Shown here: positions 1 to 7,734 of the stretch, in pieces
How the letters are laid out: each line of letters starts with the position of its first letter
How positions within the stretch are numbered: position 1 is the first letter of the stretch
Assembly (NCBI GenBank): GCA_963624325.1
Contig: CAVFPH010000042.1
Location: 1 to 18,502 of the forward strand
Source of the DNA: a bacterium
GTDB lineage: Bacteria > Bacillota > Clostridia > Christensenellales > Aristaeellaceae
Direction of reading: 5' to 3'
Length of the DNA: 18,502 nt
Translations under genes and position numbers: made by a program
Notes under the pieces: model-generated
The model's database searches: none
Told to the model about the DNA's origin: nothing
Seen by the model: the letters and a program-made list of their open reading frames with translations, nothing else

Positions 1-879
1 GCGCTGATTATTTTAATCTCCATCGGGCTTACCTATTCCATCCGCAAACTGACCAAGAAAGTACGCCAGCTGCCCGCCAACAGCGTGCTCCATGCCAATG
101 AGCTGCCCAATGAAGCGCTGCTGACCACCGTCACGTCTCCGAGCGATAAGGAAATATACGATCTGGAGCAGGTGCTCAATCACCTGATGATCAAGCTGCG
201 CGACAGCACCACCAACGAAATGGCGCTGCGCGAGGGCGCGCTGCATGCCCAGCTCAGCGCCCTGCAAACACAGATCAACCCGCATTTCATTTACAACACG
301 CTCAACATCATCAGTGCCAAATCCATGGAAAGCGGCAACTATGATGTGATTGAAATCTGCGATCAGTTTGCCCAGATGCTTCGCTATTCCACCGATACCC
401 GTTCCCGCACGGCAACCATGGCGGAGGAAATCGAAAACGTACGCAACTATCTGATGCTTGCCAAGGCCCGCTATGAAAACAACCTGGAGTTCACCATCGA
501 AGTGCCCGAAAATCTAAGCGAAATCACCGTGCCCAAGCTGACCCTGCAGCCCCTGGTGGAAAACGCCCTGACCCACGGATTCAACGGCCAAAATGAGCTG
601 CGGCGTCTGTCGGTAACGGGGCGCATTGAAAAGGAGCAGCTGATCTTGTGCATCCGCGATAACGGCACGGGCTTCTCGGAGGAAATGCTTCAAAGCCTGC
701 GGGCGCGCATTCGGGAAATCGAAAAGGGCAAAGTCTCCATCGAGGCTTCCGGCGGTCACATCGGCCTGGCCAATACCTGCCTGCGCCTGTATTACTACAG
801 CCACGGGCAAATGCACGTTTCCATCCACAATGAAAACGGCGCCGTCATTACCATCACCATGCCCTGCGCCGCCAAGTGA
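1..879 (+). CDS. Sensor histidine kinase, YesM/LytS type (His_kinase + HATPase_c), 5'-truncated by the window edge
   Basis: Frame 1 is open from base 1, so the listed ORF 85..879 is only the Met-initiated part. Hydrophobic ALIILISIGLTY is followed by the H-box-like QINPHFIYNTLN, N-box LQPLVENALTHGF, G1 IRDNGTGF and G2 GGHIGLANT. Confidence 0.85.
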   Translation, partial: ALIILISIGLTYSIRKLTKKVRQLPANSVLHANELPNEALLTTVTSPSDKEIYDLEQVLNHLMIKLRDSTTNEMALREGALHAQLSALQTQINPHFIYNTLNIISAKSMESGNYDVIEICDQFAQMLRYSTDTRSRTATMAEEIENVRNYLMLAKARYENNLEFTIEVPENLSEITVPKLTLQPLVENALTHGFNGQNELRRLSVTGRIEKEQLILCIRDNGTGFSEEMLQSLRARIREIEKGKVSIEASGGHIGLANTCLRLYYYSHGQMHVSIHNENGAVITITMPCAAK

Positions 880-895
880 CGCAAATTTAAGCTGT

Positions 896-925
896 CCGGC
901 AGTCTTTTCTGCCGGGCTTTTGTTT
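896..925 (+). terminator. Rho-independent terminator after the kinase gene
   Basis: CCGGCAG-tctttt-CTGCCGG hairpin followed by GCTTTTGTTT, 17 nt after the stop codon. Confidence 0.6.
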
Positions 926-1023
926 CCGCGCGAAACATTTTATCCGTTTGTTCACATTTATTTCATTGTCTTGTAATTTGCCGGGAGTATCCTAAGTGCA
1001 CCCCCGCAAAAGGAGGAAGTTGC

Positions 1024-2745
1024 ATGAAAGCAGCCCGGAAGCTGATCCCTCTGCTGCTGGCATTGACGCTGCTCGGCAGTGTCCCCGCCGCATGGGCAGA
1101 AGACAGCGGCTATTTTACCAATCGCGATTTAAGCCAAACCTATGATGCAGGCAAAGCTGTCCGTATCCTGCTTGAAGGCGATTCCGCTTCGTGTGAAAGC
1201 GCGGCGGTTTCCGTCCTGGGCGCTGCGGTCACCATTTCTTCCGAGGGCATTTATGTGCTGTCGGGCACGCTTACGGACGGACAGATCATTGTGGATGCCC
1301 CGAAAAACGCCAAAGTTCAGCTGGTACTAAGCAGCGCGGATATCCACTGCGAAACCTCCGCCGCCATCTATGTCCGCCAGGCGGACAAGGTGTTTATTAC
1401 CCTGGATGCCGGCACGCAAAGCACCCTTTCCTGCGGCGAAACTTTTGAAGCCATAGACGATTCGAACATCGATGCTGCCCTGTTTTCCAAGGATACCCTG
1501 ACCATCAACGGAAGCGGTTCCCTGACCGTCCTTTCCGCCGGCGGCCACGGCATCGTCTCCAAAGGCAAGCTGAAAATCACAGGCGGCAATGTTCGGGTTA
1601 CGGCCGTCAACCATGGCATCACGGCAAAGAACGGCGTTTACATGGCAGACGGCACGCTGAGCATCACAGCCGGCCGGGATGGTCTCCGCGCCGAAAACGA
1701 TGAGGAGACCGACCGCGGGCTGATTGTCATCAGCGGCGGCAGCATACACGTTTCCGCTGACGGTGACGGCATATACGCAAGCGGAAACATCGAAATTTCA
1801 GGCGGCGATTTTGCCGTAACCACAGGCGGCGGAAGCGCCGAGGTCTCTTCCAGTCGGGATGACCGCGGCCGGGATCGCGGCGGCTGGGGCAGCAGTTCGG
1901 GATCTTCCAAGGACAGCATCAGCACCAAAGGGATAAAATCCGGCGGGATCATATCCCTGAGCGGCGGAAATTATGTGCTGGACTGCCCGGACGATGCCAT
2001 TCACGGCAGCGCAAATGTTGTCATTTCGGGCGGAACCTATCAGATCACAACCGGGGATGACGGCATCCATGCCGATACCGATGTGCTGATATCGGGCGGC
2101 ACCATCACAATCGCCCAAAGCTATGAAGGCATTGAAGGGCAGCGGATTGAAATATCGGGCGGAAGCATCGATATTACCGCCTCGGATGACGGTATGAATG
2201 CCGCCGACGGGAACAGTGAATCGCAGTTCGGCTTTTTTGAATCCAATGACAGCAACGAAATTATCATTTCGGGCGGATGCACCGTAATCAATGCGGATGG
2301 CGACGGCCTGGATTCCAACGGCGATTTCACCGTGACCGGCGGGGAGCTCTATGTATCGGGTCCCGAAAACAGCGGAAACGGCGCGCTGGATTTCAACGGC
2401 ACGGGAACCATTACGGGCGGCATCGTAATTGCCGCCGGCGCCTCCGGCATGGCGCAGAATTTCGGCAGCACCTCCACGCAGGGTGCCATGCTGGTATCCT
2501 GCTCCGGACAAAGCGGCACGGTCATCACCCTGCTGGATGAGGACGGAAACGAGCTGATCAGCTGGACGGGCCGCAAGCGTTTTTCCTCAATTGTCATCAG
2601 TATGCCATCCATTCAAAGCGGCAATACTTATACGCTCACATCGGGCACCTCTTCGCAGACAATCACCATGAACGGGCTGATTTACGGCAGCGGGTTCAGT
2701 TTCGGCGGAGGAGGCTTCGGCGGAGGGGGCAAGCATCATCCATGA
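1024..2745 (+). CDS. Secreted carbohydrate-binding beta-helix protein, Cthe_2159 family
   Basis: RBS AAAGGAGGAAG lies upstream of the ATG. Signal peptide MKAARKLIPLLLALTLLGSVPAAWA. Family-typical N-terminus FTNRDLSQTYD..., then many repeats of I(S/T)GG-x-(I/V) rungs (ISGGSIHV, ISGGDFAV, ISGGTYQI, ISGGTITI, ISGGSIDI, ISGGCTVI, VTGGELYV). Gly-rich C-terminus GGGGFGGGGKHHP. Confidence 0.8.
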   Translation: MKAARKLIPLLLALTLLGSVPAAWAEDSGYFTNRDLSQTYDAGKAVRILLEGDSASCESAAVSVLGAAVTISSEGIYVLSGTLTDGQIIVDAPKNAKVQLVLSSADIHCETSAAIYVRQADKVFITLDAGTQSTLSCGETFEAIDDSNIDAALFSKDTLTINGSGSLTVLSAGGHGIVSKGKLKITGGNVRVTAVNHGITAKNGVYMADGTLSITAGRDGLRAENDEETDRGLIVISGGSIHVSADGDGIYASGNIEISGGDFAVTTGGGSAEVSSSRDDRGRDRGGWGSSSGSSKDSISTKGIKSGGIISLSGGNYVLDCPDDAIHGSANVVISGGTYQITTGDDGIHADTDVLISGGTITIAQSYEGIEGQRIEISGGSIDITASDDGMNAADGNSESQFGFFESNDSNEIIISGGCTVINADGDGLDSNGDFTVTGGELYVSGPENSGNGALDFNGTGTITGGIVIAAGASGMAQNFGSTSTQGAMLVSCSGQSGTVITLLDEDGNELISWTGRKRFSSIVISMPSIQSGNTYTLTSGTSSQTITMNGLIYGSGFSFGGGGFGGGGKHHP

Positions 2746-3647
2746 GCAAAAAATGCAGGCTCTTCCTTTCCCTGTACGTTCTGCTTCTGCTTTGTTATAC
2801 CGTGTTTGTCGTGCTGGATGCCTTTGTCATCCGCCGTGTAACAGCCACGGTCGATGCAGAGCAGGCCGCAGGCAATCTCGCGGAAGATGCGCAGGAAACT
2901 GCCGTTTCCGATCCCGTCATTACCGAAAACAGCTATCGGGATGAGCATATTTCCGTCACCATCACCACCAAGGAACTGGATGACACCACCGTCTATATTG
3001 CCGACATCACCCTTTCTTCCCCCGAATACCTGAAAACCGCTTTTGCGGATGATGCCTACGGCAAAAACGTAACCGAAAAGACATCTGCCATCGCTGCCCG
3101 AAAGAATGCCATTCTGGCCATTAACGGCGATTACTACGGCTCCCGTGAGCGCGGATACGTGCTGCGGGGCGGCACGCTGTACCGCAGCACGGCCGCTTCC
3201 GATCAGGAGGATCTGGTGATCGGTTCGGACGGCTCCTTTTCCATTATCGAGGAAAGCAAGGTAAGCGCAAACGCCCTGCTTTCACAGGGAGCGATGCAGG
3301 TTTTCTCCTTCGGTCCTGCGCTGGTAAAGGATGGGGAAATTGCCGTAACCACCCGCACAGAGGTCGGCAAGGCCATGGTCAGCAATCCGCGCACGGCCAT
3401 CGGCATCGTCGATTCGCTGCATTACCTGTTTGTCGTATCGGACGGACGCACACGTGAAAGTGCCGGGCTGTCCCTGTACGAGCTAGCGCAACTGATGCAG
3501 TCGCTGGGCGCACAGACGGCTTATAACCTGGACGGCGGCGGTTCCTCCACCCTGTACTTCAATGGCAGCGTCATCAATCATCCGACCACTACCGGCAGGA
3601 ACACGCAGGAAAGGAGCGTGAGCGACATTGTTTACATCGGTTACTGA
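2742..3647 (+). CDS. Membrane-anchored phosphodiester glycosidase family protein (NAGPA/DUF2233-like)
   Basis: ATGA start/stop overlap with the upstream gene. N-terminal TM LFLSLYVLLLLCYTVFVVLDAFVI. Family-typical motifs AINGDYYG and YNLDGGGSSTLYF. Confidence 0.8.
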   Translation: MSKKCRLFLSLYVLLLLCYTVFVVLDAFVIRRVTATVDAEQAAGNLAEDAQETAVSDPVITENSYRDEHISVTITTKELDDTTVYIADITLSSPEYLKTAFADDAYGKNVTEKTSAIAARKNAILAINGDYYGSRERGYVLRGGTLYRSTAASDQEDLVIGSDGSFSIIEESKVSANALLSQGAMQVFSFGPALVKDGEIAVTTRTEVGKAMVSNPRTAIGIVDSLHYLFVVSDGRTRESAGLSLYELAQLMQSLGAQTAYNLDGGGSSTLYFNGSVINHPTTTGRNTQERSVSDIVYIGY

Positions 3648-4026
3648 TCCGCAGCATCGCCAAATGAAAAAGCTCAGCAGACATTTTTTGCTGCTGAGCA
3701 TCGGATGTGCCGTTTTTTCCTTTGTGTATGAGTGCTTCAGCCATCACGTATACGCACTCAGCATGATTCTTGCCTTCCTGTATCCCCTGCTCGGCGGCGC
3801 ATTGGTCTGCCTCATTCTGTCACATCTTCGCCGTCTGCCGCCTTCCTGGGCGCTGGGGACATGGTGCGCAGGCATCATTACCGCCATGCTCGGCAGCCTG
3901 ATGCAGGGCGTGCTGGTCATCTTCGGTACAACCAACCGCTTGATGATCGTCTATCCCCTGCTGGCCGTCGGGCTGTGTCTGGCAGGCCTTTACGGATATC
4001 TGACCGGTTTCCTGCTTCATGACTAA
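3628..4026 (+). CDS. Small polytopic membrane protein (about 4 TM), unknown function
   Basis: Four hydrophobic segments. The start is ambiguous: either TTG at 3628, 11 nt after AAGGAG (3611..3616), or ATG at 3664 (MKKLSRHF...) with no clear RBS. Confidence 0.55.
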   Translation: MFTSVTDPQHRQMKKLSRHFLLLSIGCAVFSFVYECFSHHVYALSMILAFLYPLLGGALVCLILSHLRRLPPSWALGTWCAGIITAMLGSLMQGVLVIFGTTNRLMIVYPLLAVGLCLAGLYGYLTGFLLHD

Positions 4027-4064
4027 GCAGCATCATCGGCTGTCAAATTTCTTTGGCGGCCTTT

Positions 4065-4883
4065 TTATTCTTCCGCCTTCTGCAGATTGCCCTGATATAC
4101 ATAAGATCCGCTGGCGTTGAAGGCAATGTACAGGTCATCCCCCACATGGAATACATCTTCGATTTCCTGGAAGGAGTTTACCTTGACGGTGTTGATATAG
4201 TTGCCTTCCCAATCATAGACCACTATCTGGTTTACCGTGCAGTCCTTACTGTTCTGCGGGAAGTAAATATACTTGTCATCGCAGTCCACGCCCTGCTTTA
4301 CAAGGCCCGTATCAAGGCCAAAGTAGTATGCCACATCGTTGAATTCGCTGTCCAGCACGGCAAAATTAAAGGTGCCGCTGATGCCCACAACATACTGATC
4401 GCGGCTCTCGCAGTAAGCAATGGCATACATGTCATGGCTCAGCTGCTTGGTTTCGGCAATCTGCAGCGTGTCGGTGTCCACAAGGGTGAGCGTATCATAG
4501 CGGGGCTTGTTGTTGGCCACAACCAGCTGCTTGCGGGATGGGTTGTAGCACATGCAGTTGCCGTGGGACAGATCCAGCCCGTACATCGTATCCGCCACCG
4601 TCCAGTCCTGCATGTTTACCTTCCAAATTGAGCACAGGCTGTCCACCTGATTTTCCATAATCATATAGGCATATTCACCATCGGTGGCGGCACCCTGCTG
4701 AACATGATAGTTGTGGTATGCCCACTCGTTGGGGGGAGACAGACGGATTTTTCTGCTCAGCTTGATTACATAGCTGCCGTCCGCCGTGATATCGCGCATC
4801 GTCAACGCCGCTTCATCGGCCAGTGCCGCACAGGTCATGCCGAGCAGGAGGGCAGCCAGCAAAAATGCGATCATTTTTTTCAT
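4065..4883 (-). CDS. Secreted hypothetical protein, Tyr/Asp/Asn-rich and probably all-beta
   Basis: Start trimmed to the internal ATG at 4883, preceded by AAGGAAA. Signal peptide MKKMIAFLLAALLLGMTCAALA. The gene looks more AT-rich by eye than its neighbours. I recognise no family motif. Confidence 0.65.
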   Translation of the reverse strand: MKKMIAFLLAALLLGMTCAALADEAALTMRDITADGSYVIKLSRKIRLSPPNEWAYHNYHVQQGAATDGEYAYMIMENQVDSLCSIWKVNMQDWTVADTMYGLDLSHGNCMCYNPSRKQLVVANNKPRYDTLTLVDTDTLQIAETKQLSHDMYAIAYCESRDQYVVGISGTFNFAVLDSEFNDVAYYFGLDTGLVKQGVDCDDKYIYFPQNSKDCTVNQIVVYDWEGNYINTVKVNSFQEIEDVFHVGDDLYIAFNASGSYVYQGNLQKAEE

Positions 4884-4932
4884 CGTTTTTCTGTTTCCTT
4901 TCTTACGCGAAATTCCATTTCGCGGCAAAAAG

Positions 4933-4961
4933 ATTATAGCATGCCCTGTGTTTTCCCGCAA
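4933..4961 (-). promoter_or_regulatory. Sigma-A-type promoter for the 4883..4065 gene
   Basis: On the minus strand: TTGCGG, a 17-nt spacer, then TGcTATAAT (extended -10). Confidence 0.6.
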
Positions 4962-4975
4962 CCTTATTTGCTTTA

Positions 4976-5004
4976 TTGATCTTCTGTTTCCGCCGTGTTA
5001 TAAT
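4976..5004 (+). promoter_or_regulatory. Sigma-A-type promoter for the cupin gene
   Basis: TTGATC (4976..4981), a 17-nt spacer, then TGtTATAAT (TATAAT at 4999..5004). Confidence 0.65.
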
Positions 5005-5038
5005 GCAGCTGAAATTCATTCAAAGGAGATTGAAAGCA

Positions 5039-5371
5039 ATGAACGGACCGATGAAGAACATCGATAAAGCGCAGGTGCTGGTGCTGCGCGATCAGGTTGC
5101 CTATCAGGACGGGCAGATCGTCAGCAAAACCCTGGCGCAGAACAGCAGCGTAAGCATCACCCTGTTTTCCTTTGACAAAGGTGAAGAAATCAGCTCCCAC
5201 AAGGCCGGCGGCGATGCTTTTGTTACCTGCCTGGACGGCGAGGGCGAAATCACCATTGACGGGGAAAAATACATTCTGCACACCGGCGAATCCATCGTGA
5301 TGCCCAAGGATCACCCGCATGCGGTATTCGGCAAGGAAAAATTCAAGATGCTGCTGGTAGTCGTCTTCTGA
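5039..5371 (+). CDS. Cupin domain protein (Cupin_2-like)
   Basis: Start trimmed to ATG 5039, 10 nt after AAGGAG (5023..5028). Small single-domain protein with the cupin-like segments ISSHKAGGDAFVTCLDGEGEITIDGE and GESIVMPKDHPHAV. Confidence 0.8.
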   Translation: MNGPMKNIDKAQVLVLRDQVAYQDGQIVSKTLAQNSSVSITLFSFDKGEEISSHKAGGDAFVTCLDGEGEITIDGEKYILHTGESIVMPKDHPHAVFGKEKFKMLLVVVF

Positions 5372-5392
5372 TTCAGCAGCCAAAACAGTACC

Positions 5393-5426
5393 GGCGCTTT
5401 TCATTGCGAAAAGCGCCGTTTTTTTG
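5393..5426 (+). terminator. Rho-independent terminator of the cupin gene
   Basis: 10-bp stem GGCGCTTTTC / GAAAAGCGCC with loop attgc, followed by GTTTTTTT. Confidence 0.85.
5396..5418. repeat. Copy 1 of an identical 23-nt hairpin repeat (GCTTTTCATTGCGAAAAGCGCCG)
   Basis: Exact match to 8696..8718, same orientation, 3300 bp apart. This copy forms the core of the cupin terminator. Confidence 0.9.
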
Positions 5427-5436
5427 CGCGCCGATG

Positions 5437-5490
5437 CAGAAAAAGCAAATGCCTCTTTCGCAAGGCAGCGCCTTCGAAAGGGGCATTTGC
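5437..5490 (-). terminator. Rho-independent terminator of the flavin reductase gene
   Basis: On the minus strand: GCAAATGCCCCTTTCG ... CGAAAGAGGCATTTGC, a 16-bp stem with one G-U pair, followed by TTTTTCT. It begins 8 nt after the stop. Confidence 0.75.
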
Positions 5491-5497
5491 AGTTGTT

Positions 5498-7600
5498 TTA
5501 TTTATTCAGTGCGTTTGCAGCCTGTTCGCCGGCGATCTTGCCGCTTGTAGCGCCAAATGTCAACTGGGTACCGCTGAAATAGTACTGATTGTAATACACA
5601 CCATTGGTCATTGCACCGGTAGCATAAAGTCCTTCAATGATGCTTCCATCCTCACGCAGTACGTGCTGATTTGCATCCGTCACAACGCCGCCCAGCGTAT
5701 CACAGCAGCCGGGAAGAATGCGAACCAGATAATACGGACCCGCTTCGGAGATGGGAATGAGATATTCAGCTTTTTTGCCAAAGTCGATATCCTCGCCTGC
5801 CGCTACGATTTCCTTGTAGCGATTGACGGTTGCTTCAAAGGTATCGACATTCATGCCAGCCTTTTCGGCAACTTCGCGAATGCTGTCGCCCTTGATAACC
5901 TCTCCGCAGTCGATGCCCTGCTCCGCAATTTCGGCAGCCTTTTCAGACAAATCTGTATACAGGCACCAATACGGGGCGTTATTCAGCTTGAACATGGCCA
6001 TATCCTGGGAAGAATATGCCTGCGCTTCGTTCATGAAGCGGTTGCCGTCACTGTCAACAACAAGGCGGCGATAGGTTGTTTCGTCCAGACCTTCAATCGG
6101 GCTTGCATCCTGCATAAAGATGTCGCAATACATGCTCTGCGAATGCATCAGCGCGGAGCAACGCGGGCGGCCGTTGTGAATCCACTGATCCTCATACAAT
6201 GCCGCGCCGATTGCTTCGGCCATCAAAAGGCCATCGCCCGTATTGCCAACCGAGGCATAGGAGGAAACCTCGGGCAGTTCGGGGATCAAGCGGTTGAGCA
6301 GATCGGGATTTTCAGAGTAACCGCCGGTAGAAAGGATTACGCTGTCGGCATAAACGTCCAGCTCGCCTGTTTTCGTTTCAGCACGAACGCCAACCACTTT
6401 GCCATTTTCGACGATCAGTTCGGTCGCGCGCGTGTCGGTGTACAGTTCCATCCCCTGATCAATGCATTTATCTCTCAAAAGTGTCAGGAGCTTGCCTGCG
6501 CGGGTGCCTTCAGGAATGCTTTCCACATCGAGACGCACCATCGCCATTCCACGATCAGCGATTCCCTGGTAAGGGATAACGGTCGCGCCCTGTTCGACCA
6601 GCCAATTGATGGTAAACATACTCTGAACAAGCTGGAATTTCAGTCTGTCAATGTCGGGATAAATCGACTCACGGTAGCTGACACTCTGATATTCCATCCA
6701 ACGCGTGACAGCCGCATCGAGTGTATCTTCTTCTTCCGTCAGGTGATACCCTTCGTTTTCATCAACTTCGCAGATCATGAACGTGCCCAACGAATTCTTG
6801 GCACTTCCGCCGGTGATGGACAGCTTTTCCAGCATAATTACATTCGCACCCAGTTCAATGGCGCGCATGGCTGCAGTTGTACCAGATAGACCGGAGCCAA
6901 CGACAACAATGTCCGTATGCAGCACCTTGGGTTCAGCGTTCTTTTCATGAACCACCGGTGTGCTGAACTGCGCAGTCGTTGCGCCCGCCTGCGTCAGACA
7001 ATCGCGCACGGCGGATTTAATTGCATTCGTCGTCAGGCTCGCACCGGTTACTGTGTCCACACCAGTGCTCTGGTTTGCGATGATTTCCTCCGGCAATGTG
7101 TCAATTGCGATAGAGCCAATAGCGAATGTATCGAAGTTTTCGACTACTTCAATTCCGGTAATGGCGTTCTCAGATACAGTTACGGTAAGCGTAAGCAAGC
7201 CGCCGTAGCTGTTGGCCGTCGCAGTATAAGTTCCTGCAGTCATTGTTACATTGCTCTGCTGCACACCCATAATCTGGTTGTAAGCATTCTGCGCGGCGAG
7301 AAGAACCGCTTTCGAAGTAACAGTTGCACCTGTTACGCCGTCAACGTCAATGCTTCCTGTGGCCGACATGGCAGCAGACATTGTTTCAATGGCTTTTCCA
7401 CCTATTGTCGGCGTTTCATTTTCTCCGTTTATAACAACTTCCGTGATCGCGCCGTCCGTCACCGTCAGCTTTACGCTTACGACACCGCCGAAGCCCTGCG
7501 CTGCGCCTTCCGCCGTCAGGACGCCGGTTTCAGCGTTGGCGGCTGCACAGAAAGTGAAAAGCATGCAAACTACAAGAAGCCAGGACAAAAGATGCTTCAT
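5498..7600 (-). CDS. Exported FAD-dependent oxidoreductase with two N-terminal FMN_bind domains (fumarate/urocanate-reductase-like flavin reductase)
   Basis: Start trimmed to ATG 7600, preceded by GGGAGGAAAA. Signal peptide MKHLLSWLLVVCMLFTFCAAANA. Two FMN_bind-like modules carry flavinylation-type motifs DGVTGATVTS and DTVTGASLTT. The FAD dinucleotide fold reads DIVVVGSGLSGTTAAMRA...LEK, and the C-terminal motif is GLYATGAMTNG. Confidence 0.85.
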   Translation of the reverse strand: MKHLLSWLLVVCMLFTFCAAANAETGVLTAEGAAQGFGGVVSVKLTVTDGAITEVVINGENETPTIGGKAIETMSAAMSATGSIDVDGVTGATVTSKAVLLAAQNAYNQIMGVQQSNVTMTAGTYTATANSYGGLLTLTVTVSENAITGIEVVENFDTFAIGSIAIDTLPEEIIANQSTGVDTVTGASLTTNAIKSAVRDCLTQAGATTAQFSTPVVHEKNAEPKVLHTDIVVVGSGLSGTTAAMRAIELGANVIMLEKLSITGGSAKNSLGTFMICEVDENEGYHLTEEEDTLDAAVTRWMEYQSVSYRESIYPDIDRLKFQLVQSMFTINWLVEQGATVIPYQGIADRGMAMVRLDVESIPEGTRAGKLLTLLRDKCIDQGMELYTDTRATELIVENGKVVGVRAETKTGELDVYADSVILSTGGYSENPDLLNRLIPELPEVSSYASVGNTGDGLLMAEAIGAALYEDQWIHNGRPRCSALMHSQSMYCDIFMQDASPIEGLDETTYRRLVVDSDGNRFMNEAQAYSSQDMAMFKLNNAPYWCLYTDLSEKAAEIAEQGIDCGEVIKGDSIREVAEKAGMNVDTFEATVNRYKEIVAAGEDIDFGKKAEYLIPISEAGPYYLVRILPGCCDTLGGVVTDANQHVLREDGSIIEGLYATGAMTNGVYYNQYYFSGTQLTFGATSGKIAGEQAANALNK

Positions 7601-7652
7601 GGGTTTTCCTCCCTTGTTTTCAATAAACATCGACAAGCTGCTTGCGGGGCAC

Positions 7653-7690
7653 ATTATAGCACCGATGGGAAAGCAAGGGAAGTGAATTTT
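7653..7690 (-). promoter_or_regulatory. Candidate activator-dependent promoter of the reductase gene
   Basis: On the minus strand, TGcTATAAT (TATAAT = 7658..7653) is a perfect extended -10, but there is no good -35 hexamer 16 to 18 nt upstream. Confidence 0.45.
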
Positions 7691-7734
7691 TTGCAATGTG
7701 TCTTATGCTTAGCGTTGCAAAAAGCGCAACGATT

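Noticed and set aside
2680-2745. Gly-rich C-terminal tail of the beta-helix protein (GSGFSFGGGGFGGGGKHHP) as a cell-wall sorting signal
   Set aside because: There is no LPXTG-like motif and no hydrophobic segment plus basic tail, so it is not a sortase signal. It is probably a flexible linker-like end overlapping the next gene's RBS.
4053-4631. 192-aa plus-strand ORF opposite the secreted hypothetical protein
   Set aside because: There is no RBS, and it begins inside the convergent intergenic region. The minus-strand frame has a strong promoter, an RBS and a signal peptide, so the plus-strand ORF is treated as a shadow.
5663-6889. 408-aa plus-strand ORF (and 6917..7762, 281 aa) opposite the flavin reductase gene
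   Set aside because: These are antisense shadow ORFs, typical of GC-rich coding DNA. The translations are Arg/His/Cys/Ala-rich with no motifs, RBS or signal. The minus-strand frame carries clear FMN_bind and FAD motifs.
7713-7731. Hairpin CGTTGC-aaaaagc-GCAACG as a terminator of the LysR gene
   Set aside because: On the minus strand it is not followed by a U-tract, and the stem is only 6 bp. I cannot claim it as a terminator, so it is mentioned only as a possible regulatory element.
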